Virus record (IMG/VR): IMGVR_UViG_2974692648_000001
Coordinates: 173,510 to 237,509 of that record
Origin: a virus
Lineage: Duplodnaviria > Caudoviricetes
Length of the DNA stretch: 64,000 nt
Direction: 5' to 3' (one strand)
In this document: positions 20,701-31,400 of the stretch, piece by piece
How positions within the stretch are numbered: the stretch's first letter is position 1
Layout of the letters: the number at the start of each line of letters is the position of its first letter
Notes under the pieces: generated by a model
What the model saw: the letters and a program-made list of their open reading frames with translations, nothing else
Databases searched by the model: none
What the model was told of the DNA's origin: nothing
Program-made: the position numbers and the translations under genes

Positions 20701-22480
20701 GTCAGTAACCCTAAGTGGCAAGACTTTCGACCAACATGATGAGGCTTACTTACCGGGCGTTCCATTTGAATTTGAAGTGGAGTTCGCAGGCACTATCGAG
20801 AAAGCCCAATCAGACGGCAATGGCAACTGGACTTATGAAGCGGTAGGGGTTAAGTCGGGTAGTACGACTTACGGATTCTCTGCTAACAACCGTGCAGTGG
20901 GTTCTTACACCATCAACTTCACTGGTGACATAACAGTTACACCACTACCAAACGACGATCGTTTATTCCGTGTTCCTAACGGCGTTAACCGTACTATTGG
21001 CTGGTATGTGTTGGACGAGTCTGGTGCAGCTAAGGCGAACGTAACGCTGTCTTTGCGTCAAAAGGCAACGATCTATTCACCTGAACGCGATCTCGGCACC
21101 ATTACTACGGATGAACACGGCATTGCTACATTCGAAGCCCCTTATTTAGAAGGTGAAGAAAGTGGTGCTTACATCGCATCTCTGGGTGTGAAAGAAGCCA
21201 CCGTCGTTGTTGGATGGAGTGATGAGTCGGGTATTAGTGTTACCATGACGCAAATGTCTGTACCTACGATTACCTACGGAAGAGAGTTGTTATTCACTGG
21301 TGTAATGCTGGATGAAAACGGTGACCCGTTAATTCCAGATGACGTTAACACGGGCATTAGACTGGGTGGTTACGATCGCAACACGTTCGAACACATCCCT
21401 GTTTCTATCCGCGGACTAGACCCTATTACGGGCGAGTTCACAGCGTACATGACCAGCGAGACTTTCGTTACTAAAGACATCGTGCTTTACAACGAAGTGA
21501 ACAACGAACTTCATACGGTCGAATGGGCTGCCCCAGATATTACCGGTGCGTACATTGAGTGGGATCTTTCAAGTTCACCTAGTGTGTTAGTTGCTGGTGA
21601 AACTTTCCCGTTCCGAGGTAAGATCTACCAAGCTAATGGTGAGCTATATACACCGCGTGCTCCAGAGACACTTTCTGTGACGACGGATGAAGGTCCTCAT
21701 GCGGATGCAAACATCTACCAAGATGGTACAGTGATGTTAGAGATCACTAATGCATCAAGAGGTGTGCTGACTTACTCATTGTACCGTGACCCTGCGGCAA
21801 CCATCGATGACTCTCTTGAGATCGAATGGGTAGAACAAGCGTCTGTGGGATTCACCCCATACTCATACAGTGAAGTCCCTCAAGGTGAATCTGGTGAAGT
21901 TTGGCTGATCTATAAGCAAGATGGTGACCAACCAATCCAATACCGTGATGTATTAGTGGGAGTTGGTAATCCGGGTCCGGATAACGTTCCTAGAACACTT
22001 ACTACCGATGAATTCGGTATTGTGAAAGTCACGTTACCTTACAACGACACCGAATCAAGTAAGTCTATTGCCGGCATCTTAGGGGAAACGGTTCCACTAG
22101 CCATCCATAACCTCACATGGGTTGAGGATACTGTTAAAGTGGGTACTTCTTTCCGTGACCTATCAGTCCCTAGTAAAGTAGAGATTGGTGCGGAAGTGGA
22201 AGTCGTCGGTGAGGTGTTGGATAAATCCGGCGCTCTTACTGATTACAACGGAGTAGGTATTTACGATAAGACCACTCATACTTTCCACGAAAATGCCGTG
22301 AACTCGGATGGTAGCTTTAGTGTCAAACTAGGACCTTTGAACGAAGGTGACCATCATTTAGTAGTTTACACGGGTGCTGAAATTTCAGAGCACGTTGTGC
22401 GTTGGGATTCAAGCTTTGTTAATTTTGACTCTGTTGGGATTGATGAAAGCTCTAACCGTGTGGCGTTAATCACTAAATAG
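17717..22480 (+). CDS. virion structural protein (phiKZ gp26-like N-terminus) extended by Ig-like repeats
   Basis: ATG 17717 after GAGG; first ~570 aa with V.YSDG, YS.KL..YP.W, P.PTHF motifs, then ~1000 aa of beta-rich repeats (G...D..G, TDE.G). Confidence 0.7.
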   Translation: MFEKDLKSPSQSSVIPGAGPQLPNENDRGRMHYIWEIYDPDTVKPGEAHRYVVPREKEIVIDPIAEKNYVVTRVNWESDLKSTLEPIFDNGEGDGGADGIFGLPSGFQGEAVVAIDYSVRPNRAVIDGQVMAPGAAYALLYEGNTVGDDGKVISVVYSNNNQLVSNRVPVTLAAYHELSNKEIMITQPFSVNRNPDELPDGARCTLVWYDINGNVIPKARTLSVQHTAMMRDHQVGKRYITRVELVAPWFLNTSDPKTLNVPVNTMLQNLAFRAVVHYSDGSKSDELSIDGQKIQLLGLNEHKPSTPSQRGTLTLVYNLDSDEYIYEAQPGNPNQFRDSYWMLAVPFDGAYSPKLYSYPTWVNGQYILKHFLTDLDRNFMIDATDHVRINELSPAFRPTTYGVEQTLELNCRLSDVVPTFKPMIMRQSTTFVLKTPGTEPGSKFDVRYSYDQGSYSDPTFKAVNQADGRQEIIFGGEYDDMEDWLEQTYNAVEPGFNPQREKGPIRPTHFEVLASSGKTYEYEISRYAEKMYLDVQEPQGRTIYVRWIHESIQGDRLILATTGISIDVTEGPDTETPVPTTIEFDSSVPNSIGEMQIIEFSGRVYDQKGALVTDGLTKMLVKGGVIYDSTPRKVDIGLDGTFRFFTWSERVSGSTETFEFDFEVAGEEPEYFLSKDIRITTNPEQQIGEFFPYTPTKASINKAGRAYGQLLDEEGTPLRDTEFFSFVDNDLDSIRRETTDEQGKFLLTRIHKEGQDRTTFHIATMGGRKEHLLRWVETEPYGDRIMLDVEDMDFVGEEPLSVTGRVYDQYGDLVVGVPVKIGYGPLWATYTDTLSVENGKYELTGSPKEPGMSYQVVVWTENDFSFGTVEWSEAPKVAFDIVMSPDNAPEAPAGTSVRISGQLVDEEGNNFTSDSRTPVYMKELKDADETIIYAGFDGRFEAEVGPYGDWEETTFVFRLENGNQGSHMIRWMGEPPRLAKITFDDGLPVTSKVGESVTLSGKTFDQHDEAYLPGVPFEFEVEFAGTIEKAQSDGNGNWTYEAVGVKSGSTTYGFSANNRAVGSYTINFTGDITVTPLPNDDRLFRVPNGVNRTIGWYVLDESGAAKANVTLSLRQKATIYSPERDLGTITTDEHGIATFEAPYLEGEESGAYIASLGVKEATVVVGWSDESGISVTMTQMSVPTITYGRELLFTGVMLDENGDPLIPDDVNTGIRLGGYDRNTFEHIPVSIRGLDPITGEFTAYMTSETFVTKDIVLYNEVNNELHTVEWAAPDITGAYIEWDLSSSPSVLVAGETFPFRGKIYQANGELYTPRAPETLSVTTDEGPHADANIYQDGTVMLEITNASRGVLTYSLYRDPAATIDDSLEIEWVEQASVGFTPYSYSEVPQGESGEVWLIYKQDGDQPIQYRDVLVGVGNPGPDNVPRTLTTDEFGIVKVTLPYNDTESSKSIAGILGETVPLAIHNLTWVEDTVKVGTSFRDLSVPSKVEIGAEVEVVGEVLDKSGALTDYNGVGIYDKTTHTFHENAVNSDGSFSVKLGPLNEGDHHLVVYTGAEISEHVVRWDSSFVNFDSVGIDESSNRVALITK

Positions 22481-22490
22481 GAAATAATAA

Positions 22491-25400
22491 ATGGCAGGTA
22501 TTATCAGAGGGAACTTACTCGATGCTGAAGGCAACGAAGTAAACCCGGGTAAACCCGTCACATTAAAGGCCGTCCGATCGGACGGCCTACCTGATGTGAC
22601 TATCACGACCAATGATTCTGGTCATTGGTCCTTAGAAGTGAACGCTGAAGTCGACTCTCAGGTCGACTTCACTTTTATTTACAATGGGGTGGATGTAGGA
22701 GCACACGCAGTGCGTTTCATTGAAACAGCTGAAGTAGTAACCTTGCCGTATTCTAATTTCCGCGTTAAAGTGGGTAACACTGGTGTTATTGCATTTGCGG
22801 TAAAAGACGATCAAGGTAATGGGGTTCCGTATGCGGATGTAACTATCCACCGTGACGACGAAAACTCCGAACCAGTGACAACTCTAAGGACTGACCAATT
22901 TGGTATCGTCACTTATACGGTTCCGCCTCACAACGTTTATGAACGTGTGGGGTTCTGGGCTAAGTCTGGAGGCACTACTGCGTTTTGGGGTGTTCAGTAC
23001 GAAGATGGGGAAGAAGAGTTTGCTATTTCAATGGCTAACTTCCATTACACTGAGCAATTAGGTTTGGGTAATGAACTATTAGTCATGGGCGGTGGTAATG
23101 ACCCTTGGGGATCGTTAATTTACAACCCACCTAAAGTTCTTTTTAATAAAGACACTCTGACTGAGGTCACTTACACCGAGATCTCTGATGACTTAACCAA
23201 CAACGTATTCCTAACAGTCGCGGGGTTATCTGAAGGTAATCACAACTTTGTGTTTGCAATGGAATCCGAATACCGTGAGTTTGTTGTTGAATGTGGGGAC
23301 TTCCAAGAAGAAACCATTAACACAGTAAAGCGCCATTACCCGACAGCGACCAAGTTTTTTGTAAACATGTGGTCAACGCTGGAAGCGACAGTTCAAGTGG
23401 ATGGTGTGGACTATAAGCCTCACGGCGTAGTTTACATGACCGTTGAGAGAAACGAAGATTCGATACAATCTTTGGTTTGGCCTAATGGTAAATTCGGTTA
23501 TCCTGTTTCTGGTAAAAACGGTGACGTCTACCAATACACCATTAAGAACGGTGACGCGGAAGTTCTGGCAGAGCATCCGGCTTACGTCGTTGATGGTAGT
23601 GTAAAACTTTGTGAATACTCAGTGGATACCCTCCCTACCTTGGGCAAGGGCACAGTTGCGTTCGCTATTGTTGATGATGAAGAGAAGCCAGTGACTGGCG
23701 GGTTTACTCTCGTTAACCCTGGAACCAATGCATCTGAACAAGTTGAGGTTACTGACGAATTTGGTATCGTTGAAGTAGAAGTAAGTCGTGCTTCAGGTGA
23801 GAATGAAACATTCGTGTTGTGTAGTATCGGTGGGTTTGCTAGTGTGAATCACAAAGTTACCTTCACTGGCGCTCCTGTGGCTTCTGAGTTCCGTAACTTG
23901 GATATCCCAACACAAGGTGATACTGAGACTCCTATCACTGTAACAGGGCAAGTCTACGACCAAGGTGGAAGTGCATTTAAACCACCTCGATTGGGTGTGT
24001 TTGATAAACAGAGCTTAACACATCAAGCATTCGACGCTTCTCTTATCGGAAGTGACGGTACGTTCTCTTTTGAGTATGGTCCTTTGTCACAAGGTCAACA
24101 CGACCTCGTCTTAGGTTCTTCAGGTATCATCTCTGAGAAACGCACACATTGGTCCATTGGTTTCCCTGATGGTCTTCGCACCGAACGCATGAACTACTCC
24201 ACATACCCTAACGCTTATGTTGGTGACGACGCTATTGTGGCAGTCCGTGCAAGTATCGTAGAAGACGGGTTACTGGTTCCTGTTGTCGGTGTTCCTGCGA
24301 CAGCTTACATCAATGGCCCTGGTGTGACCGACGTTGAACTGGAAACTAAGTTAACTGACGCTAACGGTATTGCGGAATTCAACATCCCGGCTTCAGTCAA
24401 TGAAACTACCTTAAACGGCAACTACGCCATCACGATGGTGGTCGGCCCTAACGTAGTTAGAACTGACATTACTTGGTTGGAAGGTTCTGATGTAATATCA
24501 GGGTTTAGTGACTTGGATTACAACCCGACCATTAATACTGGTGGTGAACTGGTTTACACCTACCGTCCTTTAAACCAAGACGGCCAACCAATGGCGGACC
24601 GTGGCGTTTACGTGACTCCGATAGATCATTTCCAGATTGGTGCTTACAATGCTACCATTTATGAAAATGCTGACGGGTCCTACACTGCGGAATTCCCAAC
24701 AATGGAAGACGGGACTTACGACGTTGTATTCCATTCAGGAAACGCTCAGGAACGCATGTCATTGACTTGGGGTGCGTATCCGGTAATCAACCCTACCTCA
24801 GTACTACTTGACTTCCTATCACCTACCTCTGGTGTAGTAGGAAGTGACGCTATTGTGTCGGGTAAGATTGTGGATGAGAACGGTAGTGTGATCCGACCTA
24901 CCGCTGGAATGCGTTTAACTGTTCGTGATGAAACTGGCTCAGAAATCCACGTTAGGGTTAAACCTGATGGGTCTTGGTCATTCGCTGCGAACTCCACCAT
25001 CGCTAAGACTAAGTCTTACAACATCCTGCATAGCGGAACAAACCTCTATGTTCATCAGATCGATTTCCATGAAACTCCTACGGTTACTTTCACCGACTAC
25101 ACTGGTGACAAAGTCGCTAAGACTCACGAGGCGATGTTAGCTACTGTGGTTAAGGATGTGGATGGTAACGGCATTCCAGGGATGTTGGTGGAGTACAAGA
25201 ACGATGACACTCACTACGGTTCAGTAATCACTGATGAGTTTGGTATCGCGGAATTCACTATTCCGTTTAACCTAGAGACCATCGTTTCCCCTACAGTAGA
25301 ACAGGATTATGTTGTTGCTCATATTAGCGACACTATCTCTGATGACGTTACTGTTCGTTGGGCAGGTGATGATGAAAACTCCGCAATTGAAATCATTGAC

Positions 25401-28400
25401 TTGGTGGTGGACTCGGATGTGTACGAAGGTACCACCGCTACCATCACTGGTAGGTTGATCGGTTCATTGGGTACGAACGATAACGCTTGGATGTGGTTAA
25501 CAGTCTTTAACAAGACAACGCTGGAAAGTAAGATGTTCAATAACAACATCATGCTGGACGGCACGTTTGAGATCGAAGTGGGTCCTTACCCTATGGGTCT
25601 TAACCAATTGGTTATTGCAACCAACAGTTACACCACTCCTATTTCGTTAGAAGTTACAGAAGCGCCTATCGTGCTTAAAGAACTACGCACACTTCCTTAT
25701 TCAACCAGTAAGGTTAAGTCTGCTGGAAGCGCTACGCTTGCCTATGCTGCTATTAACTCTCTAGATAAGGCAATGGTGGGTGAAACTGTAGAACTACGCT
25801 TAGCGAGCGATACAGGCATCCTGTTGGACACTGTAGTGACCGACAAATACGGTATTGCGGAATTCACTGTTCCAGACAACGAAAGTACACCGAACACTGG
25901 TGACGTTACGTACGTTGCTGTGAGTGGTGAGTTCTCAGCTCAGTCGACCGCATCTTGGGGTGAAACTGGTGTTGTAATTGAATCCCTAGATGGGTTCGAG
26001 GCAACTGGGTTGGTTAGTAGTGGGGCTAAGGGTGTAATCAAACTGAGTCCTTTGAGTAAGCTTGTTTACGACTCAGGTTCTTTTGCACAAGACCCTAATG
26101 GTAAACTAACTCCTTGGGAGACCATGACGCATGTCCGTGGTGCCACAATTAACGTCTTTGATAAAGTTACGTTGACTGCGATCCCACACAGTCGTGTGAA
26201 TGTTGACGTTGACGTAGGCGGTGAGAAGTTTGACATTTACACAGTCGACGCTCTTCCAGATGGTTTCTACGATCTAGTTGTTTACTCAGACAACGCAATC
26301 GAAACAGCAACCATGACTTGGGACACTGAAACTGAACTAGCGAAGCCAGATCGTTTCGTATTAACAAACAGCATTACTACAGCGTTTGTACAAAACGACA
26401 CAAACCAATGGTTGGATGGTGATGTTCAGTCTACGTCGGGTCCTGCTTTTGAACTGACGGGTTACGTAGAACCAGTAATGGTTGGTTCACAAGAACACCC
26501 AGTTTGGATCACACCTAAAGGACGATTCGTGACTAAACTGAGCGAACCTCGTTCTGAAGGTGTTCATTCGTACGACTTTAAGGTTGACGGGACAGTGGTG
26601 GATACGAAGACTATCACGTTCTACGATAGCCTTAACGTAGAGCTACTTCCTTACACCACCCCTAACCCAGTTAAGGGCAAAGTTGCGACTATCGCAGCTG
26701 TAGTTAAAGACGGTAGTGGTGAGGTGGTTCCGGGTGCTTGTGTGACACTTACCCCGGGTGCACGTATTACTTACGAACACTCAGTTAACCTCAATAGTGA
26801 CTTTAATGGTTCTGTTGAAATGACGTGGGAGTACGACGAAGCTTATCCAGAGTTTACGTTAATCACTGGTTGTAACGGTAAGCGTAATGGGGAACGACAA
26901 CTATTACGTTGGGTTGAATCTCCTGAACTCACTGGGGATAGTTTTGAAACACTGGTTGTGCCTGAGAAAGTGGTTGGGGATGACAAAGCAACGATTACTG
27001 GTAAGATCTTAGATCAAGAAGGTAATCCTTACGCTAATGGTGAATTGTTGGTTTACAACAAAATCACTATGACGTCAACAGACCTTACTACAGCCATCCA
27101 GCCAGATGGGACGTTCTCTACGGAATTGGGACCTTACCCATTCAACGCTTATGAGTTAATCTTCGCGACTCGTGGTAACGTAGATCGTCGTACGGCAGTA
27201 TGGGGTGGTAGTGGTATCTTAGCAAGTATCGAAATTGATCCTGATAGCGGCACACGTGGTCTATTAGGTGATACGGTTGAGATCTTTGGTAGTTCCACGG
27301 ATACCATCGGGACACCCTTCACACCAGATGAAGGCATTTACACTCTGGATGTTGTGAATGACAAAAACGATGATGTTCTTCCAACGGTAATCGATGCACA
27401 AGGTAACTGGTCCTTTAATGCGACTCATGACGTAAGTGAAACGGTCACGTATACCTTTAAAGATGGCGAAACAGTCCTAGCGACTCATGCTGTTGAGTTC
27501 TTTGAAGGCGCAGGCACTTTACGTAACTTCGACGCCCCTAGCACGGTTAAGGTGGGTCTGAATGAAGACTTCACATTAACGGGTAAAGTGTACAACACCA
27601 TGAACAAACTTTACCGACCAATCGTTGAAGAATTGTTCACACTGGTGCTGGATGAGACTACTGAGTTCCAAGGCACGATTCATACTGACGGTACATTCAG
27701 CGTGAAGCCGACGAACGATAAAGTGGAAACTCAAAGCTTCACCTTTAAGGTCGGAGAAGACACTTACGACACGGTAGACATCAAGTGGTGTCAGACTGTA
27801 AGCTTAGCGTTTAACGCAGACTCTCAACCTAAAGCTGTTGTCGGTGATGATGCTTATGTGTCAATCCGAGTGGTGGATGAGAACGGTGAAAGCGTTACCG
27901 GACGCACAGTGGAGTTCTATGAAGGTGAAGTCACAGGTGAACCTCTAGATACTGAGGACGTCTACAGTGAGACCTACATTGGTTACTGGCCTAAAGAAGC
28001 CACTGAAGTGGGTGACGTAGTAATCACTGCTAAGTTGGGTGGTATCCAAGATACCTTGACGCTGTCTTGGGTAGGTAACGATCCTAAGATCGCGGCTGGA
28101 TTTGGTCGTAAGACCTCAAGAACTGGTTACGTGGTTGACACTAAACCGGCTTCTGGTACGACAGCAACACTACGAGGTACAGTTGTAGACCAAGACGGTA
28201 CGCCGTTAGCAGGCCCGCAATTCCTTAAAGTGTTTGATCAAGGGTCGTTTGACTTAACGGATTACTCTGCACAAGTTCAGGCTGATGGTACGTTCGATAT
28301 CGAACTCCCAGTCAAACCAGATGGTACTTACAACTACAGTCTTGTTACTGAAGGCAATGTGGGTTCTATCAGAGGTATTTCTTGGGACGCGGAAAACGAA

Positions 28401-31400
28401 GACCTGAAAGCGGTTAAGTTGGATGCGAGTGTTCCTACTCAGGTTAACGTTGCTAGTACACATACTCTCCAAGGTACTATCTTGGATAGCGCCGGTGACA
28501 CCATTGCTCCAGCTAAGAGTATTACGGTTTACGTAAACAGTAGTGAAGGTAACACCTACGAGTTCACAGTTACACCGGACGGTACATGGTCGTTTGCTTA
28601 CACCTTTAGCAATGAAGGGGATGTGTTGTTCGACTTCCACACTTACCAAGGTAAGTACTTGGGGTCTGTCACCATCACGGTTGAAGAAGCAGCGCCGGTA
28701 TTCACTTCTATTGAGTGGGTTGGTGAACAACCTACAGAAGGGATGGTCGGTGAGTCTGTGAAACTGACTGCGGTTACTTTAGATCAATACGGAAATCCGA
28801 TCGATGGCGTTTCGGTACGACCATTCATTAATGGTGAGCCACAAAACGCTTTCCGTTCTCCTCCGGGTGGTTCTTGGAGTCTGGATTACACTTCAACTGA
28901 AGCAGGCCCAGTACTTTACGAATTTGGTTGGGAACCAGACGTTGCTCGTATTGGGCATACTGTTGAGTGGAAGCTTCCAGTGGATTCAATCGAGGTCATG
29001 CGTTATTCTGACTCTAACGCAGTACCGGGACAAACCGCGTTTGTACCTTTCGCTGCACTAGATAGTTCAGGTAAGGGCATTGCGGGTGTTCCTATTGCTC
29101 TTCACTTGGATTCAGCATCAGGAACGTTATTGACCACGGTAACTACCAACGAGTTTGGTATTGCTGAGTTCAGCGTTCCTCAGAAAGGAAGTAACGCTAA
29201 CCGTTTGATCTACGCTAAATACGGCGATATTGTAAAAGAGCGTCGTCAATGGTGGGCTAACGATCCACTTACACCTCCAACTGGATTCGCTAACTTAACG
29301 GTTACTAACCCAGTACCTGAAGGTGAGCGCGCACTAGTTAGTGTTCAAGCAGTAGCAAGTGACGGTAGTCCTCGTCCGTTGTCCACGGTAGGCATCTTTG
29401 ATCCGGAAATATTGGATCAGGTATTATTTAACCGTGTAACCACTGGTGAGTCTAAATCTCACTTACTGGACTTTGCGCATAGCGGAACAGGAACTAAGAC
29501 TTACATCTTAACTACTGACGCTGGTCGTCAAGAGTTCTCGGTGACATGGGAAAGTAAACCGGCAGTCACGCCAAACGACTTAGTGTTCGACGCGGATTCT
29601 CCGGAATCATTAGTAGTGGGTGAATGGAACACGTTAAGCGGTAAATTAGCGGTAGACGGGGTTCCAGTAACTGAACTGGATCACTACGTTAAGGCGACAA
29701 TGACTGTGGGTGGTAAGGAGAGCTACCTAGACTTGGATGTTAGCAAAGGGACGTTCCGTGTACTGGTTAAACCAACAGCGGCAGGAACAGAAAACTACGA
29801 CTTCAAACTTAATGGTACGAGCGTTGTGGTAAAGTCCTTCCGTCACAGTGACAACGTGACGTTAAACGACGTGAGTGTGTTATCGGTCACCACACCTCAG
29901 ATAGGTGACCCTGTGGTACTGAGTACTGTAGTGAAAGATAGCGAAGGGAACCCTATCCCTAAACTTCCGGTGACGTTTAAACTAGCCGGCGGGAACACAC
30001 TCGCAACATTAAACACGGACGTCAAAGGAATGGTAACACATTCAGTGCCTTACCAATCCGGGACAATGTCTTCTGACTTTGAAATTAAAGTGGGAAGCGT
30101 CGTAGAAACAGTAACGGCAACTTGGAAGCCAACTAATGAACTTATCGACGTGGCGTTTGAAGGGCTAACTACCCCGGCAACGGTTTACGATGGTGAATTA
30201 GCGAAAGTAACAGGTAAGTTAATCAACCAACAAAACAATGGGACATCAACAACTAAGTTTGAGATTTACCATCGTGGGTTATTAACGCACACCAGTCATG
30301 CCACCGATGTACAGCCGGATGGTACGTTCGACTTTAATATTGGTCCGTTTGCAGTAGGGGTGAATGAGTTCTACTTCATCATCAACGGTAAACGCATTGA
30401 ACGTAGCATCGAGTACATTGAACGCACTGACCCAGAACTGAATCGTGTTGAGTTAGATGAGGGTAATCCTACGTCAGGGTTCTCTGGCGAAAACTTAACC
30501 ATCAGTGGTAAAGGTTACGATCAATACGGTGATCCAATTGCAAACGCTCAGGTTCAATGGGCGATCTCTGGTGATGCACAACCTGCATTAACCACAGGTC
30601 CAGATGGTTCATTCAGCACAACAGTTACGCACAACACCAACGCTAGCATCACCTACCGATTCGGTGGCAATGATGGTATACCGGTGGCTAACTTGAGCAT
30701 TGCGTGGACCGTAGCGACATCAAACACGATGGCGTTTGTTGGTACATCGCAATGTAAGCAAACTCAAAACAACGAGGCTAACATTGAGTTGTACGTGAAA
30801 GACCAAGACGGTGTTGGAGTTCAAGATGCTCAGATCGTAATTAGAGATCAGGGTTCAGAAACTCCTATTGCGACACTGACAACTAACGTACGTGGTTTAG
30901 CGTCTTACGCTATCCCTTATGAAGCAGGTAACGATAACCGTACTATCGAAGCGACTCTGGATCAACTGACCGAGACGTTAGACATTACGTGGTATCCTGC
31001 GGTGACTAAGTATGCGACCGGGTTTACTCGTCTCTACATGGATAACCGCCCTGCTTCAGGAAAATCAACGACAGTACGTGGTCAGTTAGTTGATCAAGAT
31101 GGCAATCCAATCACAACGGCTTCAACGTTGGGTATCTTTAACACGATTACCTTGGAGAACTATGATTACATCGATCGACTACAACCAGACGGTACGTTTG
31201 AGTTTGAGTATGGTCCTGAGGCTGACAGTAACTACCCTATCTCGCTCTTCACCGATGCTGGTCATTTCGATGAAACGATCATTTGGGATTTGAATAACGC
31301 TGACATGAAACGTGTGGTGTTTGACAACAACATTCCTAGAATGACGAAGAGTAACGGTAGAGTTAGTCTGCACGGTACGTTTGTGGACAGTGATGGTAAC

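Noticed and set aside
22478-22493. Stop-codon readthrough fusing the gp26-like gene to the 3527-aa gene
   Set aside because: Next ATG is 10 nt after the TAG, so out of frame, and it has its own AGGA RBS; no obvious slippery heptamer
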